Origin: a virus
Taxonomy: Duplodnaviria; Caudoviricetes
Length of the DNA: 64,000 bases
Strand: one strand, 5' to 3'
Virus record (IMG/VR): IMGVR_UViG_3300042256_000025
Below the pieces are notes generated by a model. It did no database searches, was not told the origin of the DNA, and worked only from the letters and a program-made list of their open reading frames with translations. This document shows positions 20,328 through 29,282 of this stretch, in pieces; the first letter of the stretch is position 1; every line of letters starts with the position of its first letter. The position numbers and the translations under genes were made by a program.

Positions 20328-21248
20328 ATGACACGTTCACTGCAGTTTTTAAGCTCCACACAGTACACTGAGGTTGCCGCACTGCCGGATAGCCCGACGG
20401 TGGGTCAAACCGCCTTCATGAACGGCATTTTGTACATCTATGCCAGCTTGAACGGCGTAACGACCTGGTTCCCGCTTAACCAGCCACAGTCCTTCTACAT
20501 TCACTCACAGGGACTGGCGAAGTTAACTTGGGAAATTCACCACAACCTGGGTAGCCGTGATACGATCATCGCGGTGTACGATATGGACAACCGCATGATG
20601 GATGCGGATATCCAGCATATCCAGAATACCGAAACCGGTGAGTGGTACATTGTTGCTACGTTCACTGAGGCTGTAATGGGTTACGCGGTCGTATTTGGTC
20701 GTGAGAACATTTCGGCGCCTTCAGTGGATGCCCAGGTTATCAATGCAACCGATGGCATCTATGTGGGTGGTGTGTCAGTCGCACTGGAAACCGACATCGG
20801 TCTTCTGTTACTGGAATTGGAAAAGAAGGTTGCGACACTGGATATTGAGGATACGGTTACGTCCACCGATGCAACTGTGCCCTTGTCTGCAAACCAGGGT
20901 CGCGTGCTGAAAGAGCTAATCGATAATATCAACGCTCTGTTGACATCTAACGACACCACGCTGGATGACCTTCAGGAAGTGGTCGACTTCATTAAGCTTA
21001 ACAAAGCCACTCTGGATTCACTGGGCATTAGCAACATTGCTGGCTTGCAGGTTGCGTTGGATACCTTGACCAATAACATCGCCACGGAAGTAAGTCGGGC
21101 GACCGGTGCGGAAGCTACCCTGCAAACTAACATTGATGTCAAGTTGGATAAAACCGGCGTAGCAGCCGATTCCGCTAAATTAGGGAATCTGCCTGCCTCG
21201 GATTACATCACTGTCCACGATACCATCGACATGGGTGAGATTGCATAA
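20328..21248 (+). CDS. Tail-fibre-associated protein
   Basis: WEIHHNLG module, PLSANQGRVLK tail-fibre repeat, TLDDLQEV segment; ends in IDMGEIA. Confidence 0.75.
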   Translation: MTRSLQFLSSTQYTEVAALPDSPTVGQTAFMNGILYIYASLNGVTTWFPLNQPQSFYIHSQGLAKLTWEIHHNLGSRDTIIAVYDMDNRMMDADIQHIQNTETGEWYIVATFTEAVMGYAVVFGRENISAPSVDAQVINATDGIYVGGVSVALETDIGLLLLELEKKVATLDIEDTVTSTDATVPLSANQGRVLKELIDNINALLTSNDTTLDDLQEVVDFIKLNKATLDSLGISNIAGLQVALDTLTNNIATEVSRATGAEATLQTNIDVKLDKTGVAADSAKLGNLPASDYITVHDTIDMGEIA

Positions 21249-21293
21249 CCCCTAGTGCCGGGGGTATGTCCCCGGCTTTTAAGGAGTCTATAA

Positions 21294-21577
21294 ATGCATT
21301 GTGAGTTACTACGTGGTACTGAGAAGATACGAGGGCCTCTACCCTATAAGCCTGCGGGGTAGGGGGTACCTTGGACCACATGGTGGCCGAGTCTACGGTA
21401 GGATTCTATGACCCGCGACTGGAACCCGATACATTGGTGTATTGTCGAATATTCAGAGACGCCGGACACCCGAACGATACCGCCGGTAACGTGTACGGGC
21501 TTACGATAGATGTACACTATCAGCTCGATGACGTGGGTACTCCATCTAAGTCGCCTGACTTTTACGCGCGTAATTAA
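21294..21577 (+). pseudogene. Remnant of a structural gene (short start ORF plus orphan C-terminal fragment)
   Basis: Strong RBS plus MHCELLRGT... stops after 22 aa; the downstream frame encodes LEPDTLVYCRIFRDAGHPNDT...DVHYQ...KSPDFY without a convincing start of its own. Confidence 0.55.
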
Positions 21578-21638
21578 TCCTTTTAATGGCTAGGCTCTTC
21601 AGGAGACTAGTTGCCATAGGGACATAAGAGGCCTTATT

Positions 21639-22469
21639 ATGTTTCAATTTGAGAACATCCAATTCAAGCGTGGTGATAAAGCCACGAACGATGCGTACGT
21701 AGGGAAACCCGGTACCATCTCCATCGACCGTGAGTCCATGAACGTCCGTGTGCACGATGGTGTGACACCGGGCGGTTTATTCAGTGTAACCCGGGGCGCT
21801 GCCTTTGATGAGTTGGCGGCAGAGTTTATCGTTGCCAGCGATAGCTTTACAGCGACCATGGGTCAAACCGTTTTTACCTTGACCAATGTAAGTCTGGAGA
21901 ACCCAGACCGCGTAAAGGTTAAGATCAACGGCATGCAGACCAACAACTGGGTGGTCAGTGGCGTTAACCGCATTACGGTGAACGACAGTATTCTGATTAA
22001 TGACACCATTTTGATTTACCAGTACCGCACGCTGGATGATGTGGTCAATGCGGCGGTTGAAGGTATGGACGTTGAGGCACTGCTAATTAGCATGCTGCAG
22101 TCCGTAACCAACATCGGTGGCATTAACATTGATGACATCCTAACCGTTAACAGCACAGGTGCCTTTGAGCAGATGGTGGTGGATGCGATTGGTTCTGCTT
22201 TGGGTGAGTCGGGTAGCTTGGCTAACTTGGTAACCACAGACACCTTGCAGTCTGCGATTAATGGCATAGACATTACGGCTGCTGTTCGTCGCGTACTGGA
22301 CGGTATTCCTGATGTCGATTATCCGATTACCCATGTACTGACTACTGCGGATAACATTGACCTAGGTCACATGGAGTTTGTCTTTGACGGTAACGAGTCT
22401 CTGGACCCCAGTGTCCCGAACGATACGCTGACTGTCTTTGACCGCATTGACTTTGGTATCGTGAACTAA
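21639..22469 (+). CDS. Mtd_N-domain fibre/adaptor protein
   Basis: IQFKRG...YVGKPGTISIDRESMNVRVHDGVTPGG resembles the N-terminus of Bordetella phage Mtd; ATMGQTVFTL domain; IDLG and IDFG motifs. Confidence 0.75.
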   Translation: MFQFENIQFKRGDKATNDAYVGKPGTISIDRESMNVRVHDGVTPGGLFSVTRGAAFDELAAEFIVASDSFTATMGQTVFTLTNVSLENPDRVKVKINGMQTNNWVVSGVNRITVNDSILINDTILIYQYRTLDDVVNAAVEGMDVEALLISMLQSVTNIGGINIDDILTVNSTGAFEQMVVDAIGSALGESGSLANLVTTDTLQSAINGIDITAAVRRVLDGIPDVDYPITHVLTTADNIDLGHMEFVFDGNESLDPSVPNDTLTVFDRIDFGIVN

Positions 22470-22487
22470 GGTTAGAGGTGACAATCG

Positions 22488-22940
22488 ATGGGATTTCTAT
22501 ATGAAGGTGAGGATATAGGGCGGTATATCGAAATCCGGGATGGCCGTGAAACGTTCGTGGTCACACGGGAGACCATTCGAGACGTTAAGGTAGTGCCTAC
22601 CGATATCGTACTACCCGACCACTGGAAAGGTAAGGCCTTTTACCGATTACGGATGGACTTTGATATTTTCGGTACGCTAATACCGAAGCACTACACCTCA
22701 GACGGTGCCAGTGTACCCAGGCTGTTCTGGTCCCTCTATCCGCCGGTAGGGCGCTACCTGTTAGCGGCCTTTTTGCATGATTGGAAATTGGACCAGCGTC
22801 ATGGATGGGACGAATCAAACCGTGCCTTTGATGAAGCTATGCGTCACATCGGTATCGCGCGTCGCCGTCATTGGGTAATCATGCGCTCGGTTCAATTAAA
22901 CGGGTGGGTACAATCCACCTTTTTTGGGGACCCTAAATAG
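22488..22940 (+). CDS. DUF1353-family protein
   Basis: IPKHYTSDGASVPRLFWSLYPPVGRYLLAAFLHDW signature. Confidence 0.8.
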   Translation: MGFLYEGEDIGRYIEIRDGRETFVVTRETIRDVKVVPTDIVLPDHWKGKAFYRLRMDFDIFGTLIPKHYTSDGASVPRLFWSLYPPVGRYLLAAFLHDWKLDQRHGWDESNRAFDEAMRHIGIARRRHWVIMRSVQLNGWVQSTFFGDPK

Positions 22941-22949
22941 GAGAGCTCA

Positions 22950-23315
22950 ATGAAACGACATATCGCAGGCTTCTTATTCGTCGCGGCTGTATCGTTGGTG
23001 TTACCCGCGTGCACTACATCCCAACCGGCTGTATTGGAAGACGGGTACCAGCTCGGGGATGCCTCTAAAGTAGTCGCCGGGGAAGCTTTTAATTTAATGA
23101 TGCTGCGGTACCGATATTGTTATACGTATGCCCCTGAGTCCAGGGACGCTATCCTGGAGATTATTCAGGCCTTCTATCCGGAGTATCCCACTGAAGGGAT
23201 TTGTACGGATATGGGTGATCTGGTAAAGCAATTGAAGGGTGTGGATGCTACTACACTCGAAAAGGCATACGACCTACCGAAGGATATCGACCACGAGTCA
23301 AGTGGGTTAGAGTAA
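22950..23315 (+). CDS. Lipoprotein (paralog of 51908..52270)
   Basis: Signal peptide with LPAC lipobox; shares L.DGY..GD, YC and YP..GIC with 51908. Confidence 0.75.
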   Translation: MKRHIAGFLFVAAVSLVLPACTTSQPAVLEDGYQLGDASKVVAGEAFNLMMLRYRYCYTYAPESRDAILEIIQAFYPEYPTEGICTDMGDLVKQLKGVDATTLEKAYDLPKDIDHESSGLE

Positions 23316-23443
23316 AGGACACTAATTCACGTTTTACAGGGTGGCTCTACTGTAACCCTCTGACAGAAAATTGCAGTGGAGGAACTACCCTGCCGTTTTA
23401 AAATAGCCCCTTGATTAACCGTTAGTAACTGTAGGAAGGACTT

Positions 23444-24514
23444 ATGGCCTTAAAACAAATGAGCGGTGTGGTTACGTGGAAGCGCTTTACCACGAACAGC
23501 ATCGAAACGTACTTGGGTAAGCCGGGTGAACCGATTGTCGACATGCGCACTGGTGAGCCGGCAATTCGTTTATGTGATGGATTGACACCGATGGGTCACC
23601 CAATTGGGGTTATTCCAACGTTGACTGGTGTGGCACGCCCTATCATTATTAGCCCGGTTAATAATGCTACAGATGTCGATACCTCACCGGTGATTACTGC
23701 CAGTCAATTTAACGGCATTAACGGCGACGGCAGTATCCCAACACATGCGGCGACTATCTGGAACATTGCAACGGATGCCGCCTTTACCCAGATGACGTAT
23801 AATAGTGGTGAAACGGCACTGAATAAAACGACACTGGATCTTTCCAGTGTAGGAGTAACACTGGAGCAAGGTAGTGTTTACTATATACGCGTAGCGTATA
23901 AGAGTGACAGTGGTGTGGTGTCCGACTGGAGTGCTACCGTTAAGATTACGACCAGTACTATGGGAATTGGCACAGTACTACCGGACGGTGGTATCGTTTT
24001 CGGTCAGGAAGGGGGCGACTGGCTGGTAGTAGCCCCGGCTTCACAGCGTACGACTAAAATGTGGGGACTCTACGGTACCGATACCAGTCTTCCAAACTGG
24101 ACGAGTGGCAGTGGGACTACTACTACCCCTACTGACCCTAACTCATCAGAGTACAATACTGACGTACTGACGAGTCCTACTTATAACTCCATTAACGATG
24201 GACAGGGTAGTATCGGCTCACCCGCTGCAGAGTACTGCCGTAGTCTAGGGTACGACTTACCCAATGCGAGGGATCTGCAGCTTATTTACAATAATCGAGC
24301 TCAGATCGATGCAGCGGACTCTAGTGGAGGCGGTGCCACACTCTCCGCTATTCAATCTGGCACTGCACCCGGCTCCTCCACGACGGGCGTCTGGTCCTCT
24401 ACCGAGTACAATTCCAACTACGCCTGGAACCTGATCTTCAGCATTGGGAATTGGTACTACAACCCCAAGAACTACAGTTGCTGGGTAGTGCCTTTCCGGA
24501 GAATACCCGTTTAA
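23444..24514 (+). CDS. Mtd-like receptor-binding protein (Mtd_N, Fn3-like, CLec variable domain); DGR target
   Basis: YLGKPGEPIVD...IRLCDGLTPMG N-terminus; C-terminal VWSSTEYNSNYAWNLIFSIGNWYYNPKNYSCWVVPFRRIPV. Confidence 0.88.
   Translation: MALKQMSGVVTWKRFTTNSIETYLGKPGEPIVDMRTGEPAIRLCDGLTPMGHPIGVIPTLTGVARPIIISPVNNATDVDTSPVITASQFNGINGDGSIPTHAATIWNIATDAAFTQMTYNSGETALNKTTLDLSSVGVTLEQGSVYYIRVAYKSDSGVVSDWSATVKITTSTMGIGTVLPDGGIVFGQEGGDWLVVAPASQRTTKMWGLYGTDTSLPNWTSGSGTTTTPTDPNSSEYNTDVLTSPTYNSINDGQGSIGSPAAEYCRSLGYDLPNARDLQLIYNNRAQIDAADSSGGGATLSAIQSGTAPGSSTTGVWSSTEYNSNYAWNLIFSIGNWYYNPKNYSCWVVPFRRIPV
24377..24503 (+). repeat. DGR variable repeat VR5 with IMH-like end
   Basis: Apart from TTC/TTT, differs from VR6 only at inferred template adenines. 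Confidence 0.9.
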
Positions 24515-24524
24515 ACGGGTATTC
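24501..24524. other. Perfect 24-bp palindrome at the VR5 3' end (candidate DGR target hairpin/cruciform)
   Basis: gaatacccgttt/aaacgggtattc; a second palindrome agtgtccttt/aaaggacact lies at 24548-24567. Confidence 0.75.
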
Positions 24525-24574
24525 ACTTTTAATACCGAGTCACAGTGAGTGTCCTTTAAAGGACACTGCTTTTA

Positions 24575-24663
24575 GGGCTTGCCCTTTGTAGGGCTGCCCT
24601 TACTACCCTTACTCCATTTAAAAGCCCTACAGGCCACCCAGGCCCTTTGTAGGGACTGGGTCC
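24575..24663 (+). repeat. 89-bp double-hairpin element, copy 1
   Basis: Near-identical to 26467-26555; two CCCT-TTGT-AGGG hairpins. Confidence 0.85.
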
Positions 24664-24700
24664 AAATTTACAATACTTCTTTCATAAAAGGATTATTCCA

Positions 24701-25381
24701 ATGAAATGTGAAATCATTCGTAATGGCAACACCATCGTTTCTGAGATGGACTTTAACGTAAACCGTGTACGTGACATTGTTGCCCGTCAGGGTGGCGATT
24801 ACCGCCTCGTACCCAATGCTCTAACTGCTGCCATCCATATTGGCTCTATTCAGATCCTCCCAGTTAAATACGATATGCCAGTTACTACTCAGGCCCAGCG
24901 CTGCGGTAAGCCGGTACGTACCGTATCAGACTCACTGGTTACCTACTCTTACCCGGTTGAAGAGAAAACCGAAGACGAGCTTCGCAATGAGCTTCTTACC
25001 CAGGTGTCCCGTATTCATGAAAGTTATGACAGCGGTCGTATGGAGTATCAGGGCGTCTCAATTGCGGTAGACCTGGAGGCCCGTGTCAATGCAGAAGGCG
25101 TACTCAAGCGTTTTGAGCGTGGTCTGATGTCGGCTACTCAGTGGAATGGTCAGGCGGTAACCTCAACCGATGAGAACGGTAATGAGGTCACTGGTCCTTC
25201 TAAGGTGGCCATTGGCTCTACCGCTGATATGCAGGCGCTGTATGATGCAGTCTTTGCACACCTCGAAGCCGGTTTCATAGCTAAAGAAATGCTCAAAGCG
25301 GAGCTCGAATCTGCTGATGCCGTTACATTGGCGACTGTAGACGTTAATGCGCGTTGGAATGAGATTGTAGAGACACTCTAA
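24701..25381 (+). CDS. Tail-fibre assembly/accessory protein (DUF4376-like)
   Basis: Lies between the two receptor-binding genes; helical C-terminal pattern like fibre chaperones (DMQALYDAVFAHLEAGFIAKE). Confidence 0.55.
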   Translation: MKCEIIRNGNTIVSEMDFNVNRVRDIVARQGGDYRLVPNALTAAIHIGSIQILPVKYDMPVTTQAQRCGKPVRTVSDSLVTYSYPVEEKTEDELRNELLTQVSRIHESYDSGRMEYQGVSIAVDLEARVNAEGVLKRFERGLMSATQWNGQAVTSTDENGNEVTGPSKVAIGSTADMQALYDAVFAHLEAGFIAKEMLKAELESADAVTLATVDVNARWNEIVETL

Positions 25382-25447
25382 GGTGTAACTAGTGATTAGG
25401 GGGTGGGTGCCCACCCCCTTTGTATACGGTTTATAGGAGCATGTAAG

Positions 25448-26434
25448 ATGCCAGATTTACAATTGAAACGCGGTACACCGGCTCAGGTAGATGCCTATCA
25501 GGGGCCAGCGGGTGAAATCGTAGTCGATAGCCAGAACTGGAATATGCGGCTACAGGACGGTGTTACAGCTGGTGGTGTATTACTAGGCAGTAACGAGAAC
25601 CTGATTGCACGCCCTGAGATTTTGAGTCCCATTCAGGGTAGTGTCATTGGGGACCAGAGCCCTATTCTGGTTAGTACCGCGTATAGTGGGGAAGGGGTCC
25701 ACAGTGCGAGTCAGTGGCAGATCAGTGGAGAGGTTGGGTTTGTAAACCTTATCCACGATAGCGGACGCAATACAGTTAGTCTATTGAGCTATAACTTACT
25801 GGATGCAGGTGTAACCTTGACCCGTGGGGTAACGCTGTACGTACGGGTGCGTCACGAATCCGGTACTGCAGGCTGGAGTGAATGGAGTGAAGCACTAAGC
25901 TTCAGTGTACAGGCAATGGAGCCGGGTACTGTACTGGATGACGGTGGCATTATATTTGCACAGGATGGTAATGATTGGCTCGTTGTAGCGCCTGCTAGTC
26001 TGCGTGCACTGAGAACCTGGAACGATGGGTCTACTAGTTGGGTAGACACCCCACTCCCTAACTATACTTCTAATCCAGAGCAAGACGTTAACGATGGTAC
26101 TTACAATACGGATGTACTGGTTAACGTGACGCAGGAGCAGAAGGCCGCTACCTACTGCCGTTCTATCGGCTATGATTTGCCGAATGCGGCAGAGCTTCGT
26201 TTAATTTACAATAATCGAGCTCAGATCGATGCAGCAGATACCAGCGGAGGCGGGGCCACACTCTCCGCTATCCAATCCGGCACTGCACCCGGCTCCACCA
26301 CGGCGGCCGTCTGGTCCTCTACCGAGGGCAATTCCTACTACGCCTGGGGCCTGATCTTTGGCGGTGGGAGTTGGTACAACTTCTACAAGAGCTACAGTTA
26401 CTGGGTAGTGCCTTTCCGGAGAATCCCAGTCTAA
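25448..26434 (+). CDS. Mtd-like receptor-binding protein (Mtd_N, Fn3-like, CLec variable domain); DGR target
   Basis: MPDLQLKRGTPAQVDAYQGPAGEIVVDSQNWNMRLQDGVTAGG closely resembles Mtd_N; YVRVRH...WSEWS is Fn3-like; VR reads VWSSTEGNSYYAWGLIFGGGSWYNFYKSYSYWVVPFRRIPV. Confidence 0.9.
   Translation: MPDLQLKRGTPAQVDAYQGPAGEIVVDSQNWNMRLQDGVTAGGVLLGSNENLIARPEILSPIQGSVIGDQSPILVSTAYSGEGVHSASQWQISGEVGFVNLIHDSGRNTVSLLSYNLLDAGVTLTRGVTLYVRVRHESGTAGWSEWSEALSFSVQAMEPGTVLDDGGIIFAQDGNDWLVVAPASLRALRTWNDGSTSWVDTPLPNYTSNPEQDVNDGTYNTDVLVNVTQEQKAATYCRSIGYDLPNAAELRLIYNNRAQIDAADTSGGGATLSAIQSGTAPGSTTAAVWSSTEGNSYYAWGLIFGGGSWYNFYKSYSYWVVPFRRIPV
26297..26423 (+). repeat. DGR variable repeat VR6 with IMH-like end
   Basis: See VR5. 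Confidence 0.9.
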
Positions 26435-26459
26435 TCGCCTTAAGGCGATGACTGGGATT
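26422..26459. other. Hairpin at the VR6 3' end
   Basis: aatcccagtc...gactgggatt enclosing the palindrome atcgccttaaggcgat. Confidence 0.75.
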
Positions 26460-26466
26460 TGCCTTT

Positions 26467-26555
26467 GGGCTTGCCCTTTGTAGGGCTGCCCTTACTACTT
26501 TGAGTACTTTTAAAAGCCGTACAGGCTACCCAGGCCCTTTGTAGGGACTGGGTCC
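26467..26555 (+). repeat. 89-bp double-hairpin element, copy 2
   Basis: See 24575-24663. Confidence 0.85.
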
Positions 26556-26724
26556 TTTTCATTACGATATAGACTCACACCACATACTCTTTAAGGCCTA
26601 TCCTAGCGGATAGGCCTTAAAGAGTAATTTTCAGAGTGACTGGCGTGGGTCAAATCCTATAGCCTTGTAGCCGGTGCACTATAGTCACACGGCTGACACT
26701 CGTCACGATTATAGGACACCTACT

Positions 26725-27588
26725 ATGTCTGAACTATTAGACCTTCGTTATCAATTTGACCCTACTGGTCACTCCACCGATAACCTTATTATCGATGAGC
26801 TACACACTGTTTCACAGTCGGGTCCCGCACTTATCATTCCACGGGAAGGCCTGATGTACACTCCAGGCTTTACGGTGCGCCGGGCATCCTCTAACGTACC
26901 GCTTATCCAGAATACGGACTTCCACTTTATTTCTCTGGACGAATTCATTACCGCAAAAACGGGTATTGAAACCGCCTCCGCGATTCAGTTTGATAAAGCT
27001 GAACACTTTGGCGACTTTGTAATCACCTACCAGGCTGTCGGTGGATATGAGGGGCGCTTTAACCGTCTGGTACAAGACCTAATCGATGCCATCGAGCGTG
27101 CTAAGGATGCTGACGTTGAATGGACTCGAGTTAAGAATAAACCGGCTCAGTATCCTCCAGAGTACCATAACCATGAACTCATCTCCATTACTGGATGGGA
27201 GAAGTTTACGGTTAAGCTCCATGAATTAAAGGAGGCTATTATCGATAGTCATTCCCTAGGTTCATCTGCACTCTCCCTTTCTCAAGCGGATTCGCGTATC
27301 CTAGCCCTCATTGCCGAGATGCAGCGGGAGATACAGTACCTGAATGGGGACATTGCGGATATCCTGGAGCGCATGAAGCGCTACATGGAGTTTGACATTG
27401 ACTTTGGGGAGCTTGGTAAATTGCGAGAGTGGCCTGAGCGTGACGTGTTCTACGTATCCTCAATTGACCTGCAAGAGAAGTCCAATCCCTTTATGGACTT
27501 TGGTGAGATTAAGGGTCCAGAACGCAATCAGTGGGATGATGTACCGAATGTCAGCTCCTATGACATGGGTGAGCTTTCCAACAATTAA
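26725..27588 (+). CDS. Virion protein (FDPTG family) with three D-F/M-G-E motifs
   Basis: YQFDPTG.S.DNLI.DE.H, YQAVGG, W..V.NKP.QYPP..H.H; C-terminal IDFGEL, MDFGEI, YDMGEL. Confidence 0.75.
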   Translation: MSELLDLRYQFDPTGHSTDNLIIDELHTVSQSGPALIIPREGLMYTPGFTVRRASSNVPLIQNTDFHFISLDEFITAKTGIETASAIQFDKAEHFGDFVITYQAVGGYEGRFNRLVQDLIDAIERAKDADVEWTRVKNKPAQYPPEYHNHELISITGWEKFTVKLHELKEAIIDSHSLGSSALSLSQADSRILALIAEMQREIQYLNGDIADILERMKRYMEFDIDFGELGKLREWPERDVFYVSSIDLQEKSNPFMDFGEIKGPERNQWDDVPNVSSYDMGELSNN

Positions 27589-27598
27589 CGGCATAAAA

Positions 27599-27624
27599 CC
27601 TCAGAGCCCCGAAGGGCTCTGAGT
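27599..27624. terminator. Stem-loop between convergent genes
   Basis: ctcagagccc-cgaa-gggctctgag (TTCG loop on the minus strand). Confidence 0.75.
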
Positions 27625-27626
27625 CT

Positions 27627-27800
27627 TTACCGAGCATAGCGCAACTCTTTATTCAACTTCAGTAATTGACGCTTCGCCTTTTCCAGTCGGCGTTTCGCAT
27701 CTTTTTCTTTATTTGAATGAGGAGTAGCCTCTGCCAATACTGCACTTGCTTCTCGAATGGCTTTTTCAGTATTGCGGATTTTGTTTTGCAGATCGATCAT
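27627..27800 (-). CDS. Small basic coiled-coil protein (57 aa)
   Basis: Below the ORF-track cutoff: MIDLQNKIRNTEKAIREASAVL...LNKELRYAR, AAGGA RBS. Confidence 0.55.
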   Translation of the reverse strand: MIDLQNKIRNTEKAIREASAVLAEATPHSNKEKDAKRRLEKAKRQLLKLNKELRYAR

Positions 27801-27809
27801 CGGGGGTCC

Positions 27810-27947
27810 TTATTCGCTATAGCCAAATGCGTTATTCGCCGCCATTAGACAGCGATAGAGTGTCTCGTTAGTCTCGGCAACCGAGCCTGATTCGATATGC
27901 AGTCCTAACGAAGGGAGTGTTTTGGTATCCAGACTTACGTCGTACAT
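27810..27947 (-). CDS. Small hypothetical protein (45 aa)
   Basis: GGAGG RBS, MYDVSLDTKTL...FGYSE; its stop overlaps the RBS of the next gene. Confidence 0.4.
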   Translation of the reverse strand: MYDVSLDTKTLPSLGLHIESGSVAETNETLYRCLMAANNAFGYSE

Positions 27948-28011
27948 TGTCTTAGCCTCCATGTTTAATCCATATCATACCGAGTACAATAATTCCTTAG
28001 GAGGAATCCTT

Positions 28012-28641
28012 ATGTCCACTAAACCGACTGTAGAAAACATCATTTTAACCGTCATGGAAATTGAATCCGGACGTAAACTGATAGGCCAAAAGATTGATCC
28101 CAATGATACGAATGGGGGCTACACGAATGACCCCGACGATCCGGGCGGAGAGACTAATTGGGGTTGGACAGAAGGCACTCTTAAGGCCCACGGCATTAAA
28201 ACGCATCCCCGTGACCTTACGTTCCAGCAAGCCTTTGACTATTATAAGCGTATTTTCTGGACACGTTCGGGTGCGGAAGCGGTCTACGATTTTCAACCCT
28301 GGCTGGCCCGTACAATTTTTAATTACGGTGTGCACGCTGGATACCATAAGGCTGCACGTAACCTACAGACCCTTTTAAACCTCCATAATAACCAAGGCAA
28401 GCGTTGGGCAGACCTGATCGTTGATGGGGCGGTGGGTGCACGAACACTGGATGCACTGCAGGCCTACATCCGTATTCGCAAGGGGGAGATTGGTGAGGAT
28501 GTACTCTTTACCGACTATGCGATTATGATGGGTGCTTTCTACCAAGAGCTTGCCATTAAAAACGACCGTTATGAGAAGTATACGTATGGGTTCTCTACTC
28601 GTGCGATGTTAGAGCTGAAAGAATATTTTACTCGCAGTTAA
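28012..28641 (+). CDS. GH108-family lysozyme with peptidoglycan-binding domain (endolysin candidate)
   Basis: GGYTNDPDDPGGETNWG, YYKRIFW, FNYGVHAG, LQ.LLN, VDGAVGARTL, YGFSTR; AGGAGG RBS. Confidence 0.88.
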   Translation: MSTKPTVENIILTVMEIESGRKLIGQKIDPNDTNGGYTNDPDDPGGETNWGWTEGTLKAHGIKTHPRDLTFQQAFDYYKRIFWTRSGAEAVYDFQPWLARTIFNYGVHAGYHKAARNLQTLLNLHNNQGKRWADLIVDGAVGARTLDALQAYIRIRKGEIGEDVLFTDYAIMMGAFYQELAIKNDRYEKYTYGFSTRAMLELKEYFTRS

Positions 28642-28670
28642 CCACAGGTCTATGTAATGAGGATTGGAGT

Positions 28671-29282
28671 ATGCGCAAGGATCACTCGATACAGCGGTAC
28701 TATACCGGCATAGGGTCCCGTCAGGCCCCTGCATGGGCACAAACCCTTGCTACTGAGATAGCCGCTAAGCTCTCTGCTACACACGTTCTACGCCACGGGG
28801 ATGCCAGTGGCATGGATGAGGCCTTTAGTCAGGGATCGGCCGGGAGAGAGGAGATATGGGCCCCCTGGAAGGGGTTCCGTAAAGACGAGCGCTCTTCCAT
28901 TACCCGACAGCGCATCCAATCCCCTGCACAGCAGATCGAATCGGGCAACATGCTTATTCGAGAAGGCATCTGCCCGCACTTCTTTAACATGAAGCCCTCT
29001 ATTCAGGCACTCTTTGCCCGTAACGTGTTTCAGATTACTGGTCAGCGTTCTGAGATGGGTGAGTGTGATCCCCTATCGGATTTTGTCGTCTATTGGGCAC
29101 CAGAAAACACTAAGGGTGTCATATCCGGAGGTACTCGAATAGCTGTTTACCTGGCCCGCAGTATGGGAATTCCTACCTACAACCTTGACATTAAATCTCA
29201 ACGTGATGAAATTCTAGACCACCTTGACATTCAATATGTAGAGGATGATGACTGGTACTCCGCACCATATTTAACAGTATAA
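28671..29282 (+). CDS. SLOG-fold / DprA-like phage protein
   Basis: YTGIGSR, LRHGDASGMDEAF, ARNVFQITG, SDFVVYW, GGTRIAVYLA...GIPTYNL. Confidence 0.75.
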   Translation: MRKDHSIQRYYTGIGSRQAPAWAQTLATEIAAKLSATHVLRHGDASGMDEAFSQGSAGREEIWAPWKGFRKDERSSITRQRIQSPAQQIESGNMLIREGICPHFFNMKPSIQALFARNVFQITGQRSEMGECDPLSDFVVYWAPENTKGVISGGTRIAVYLARSMGIPTYNLDIKSQRDEILDHLDIQYVEDDDWYSAPYLTV

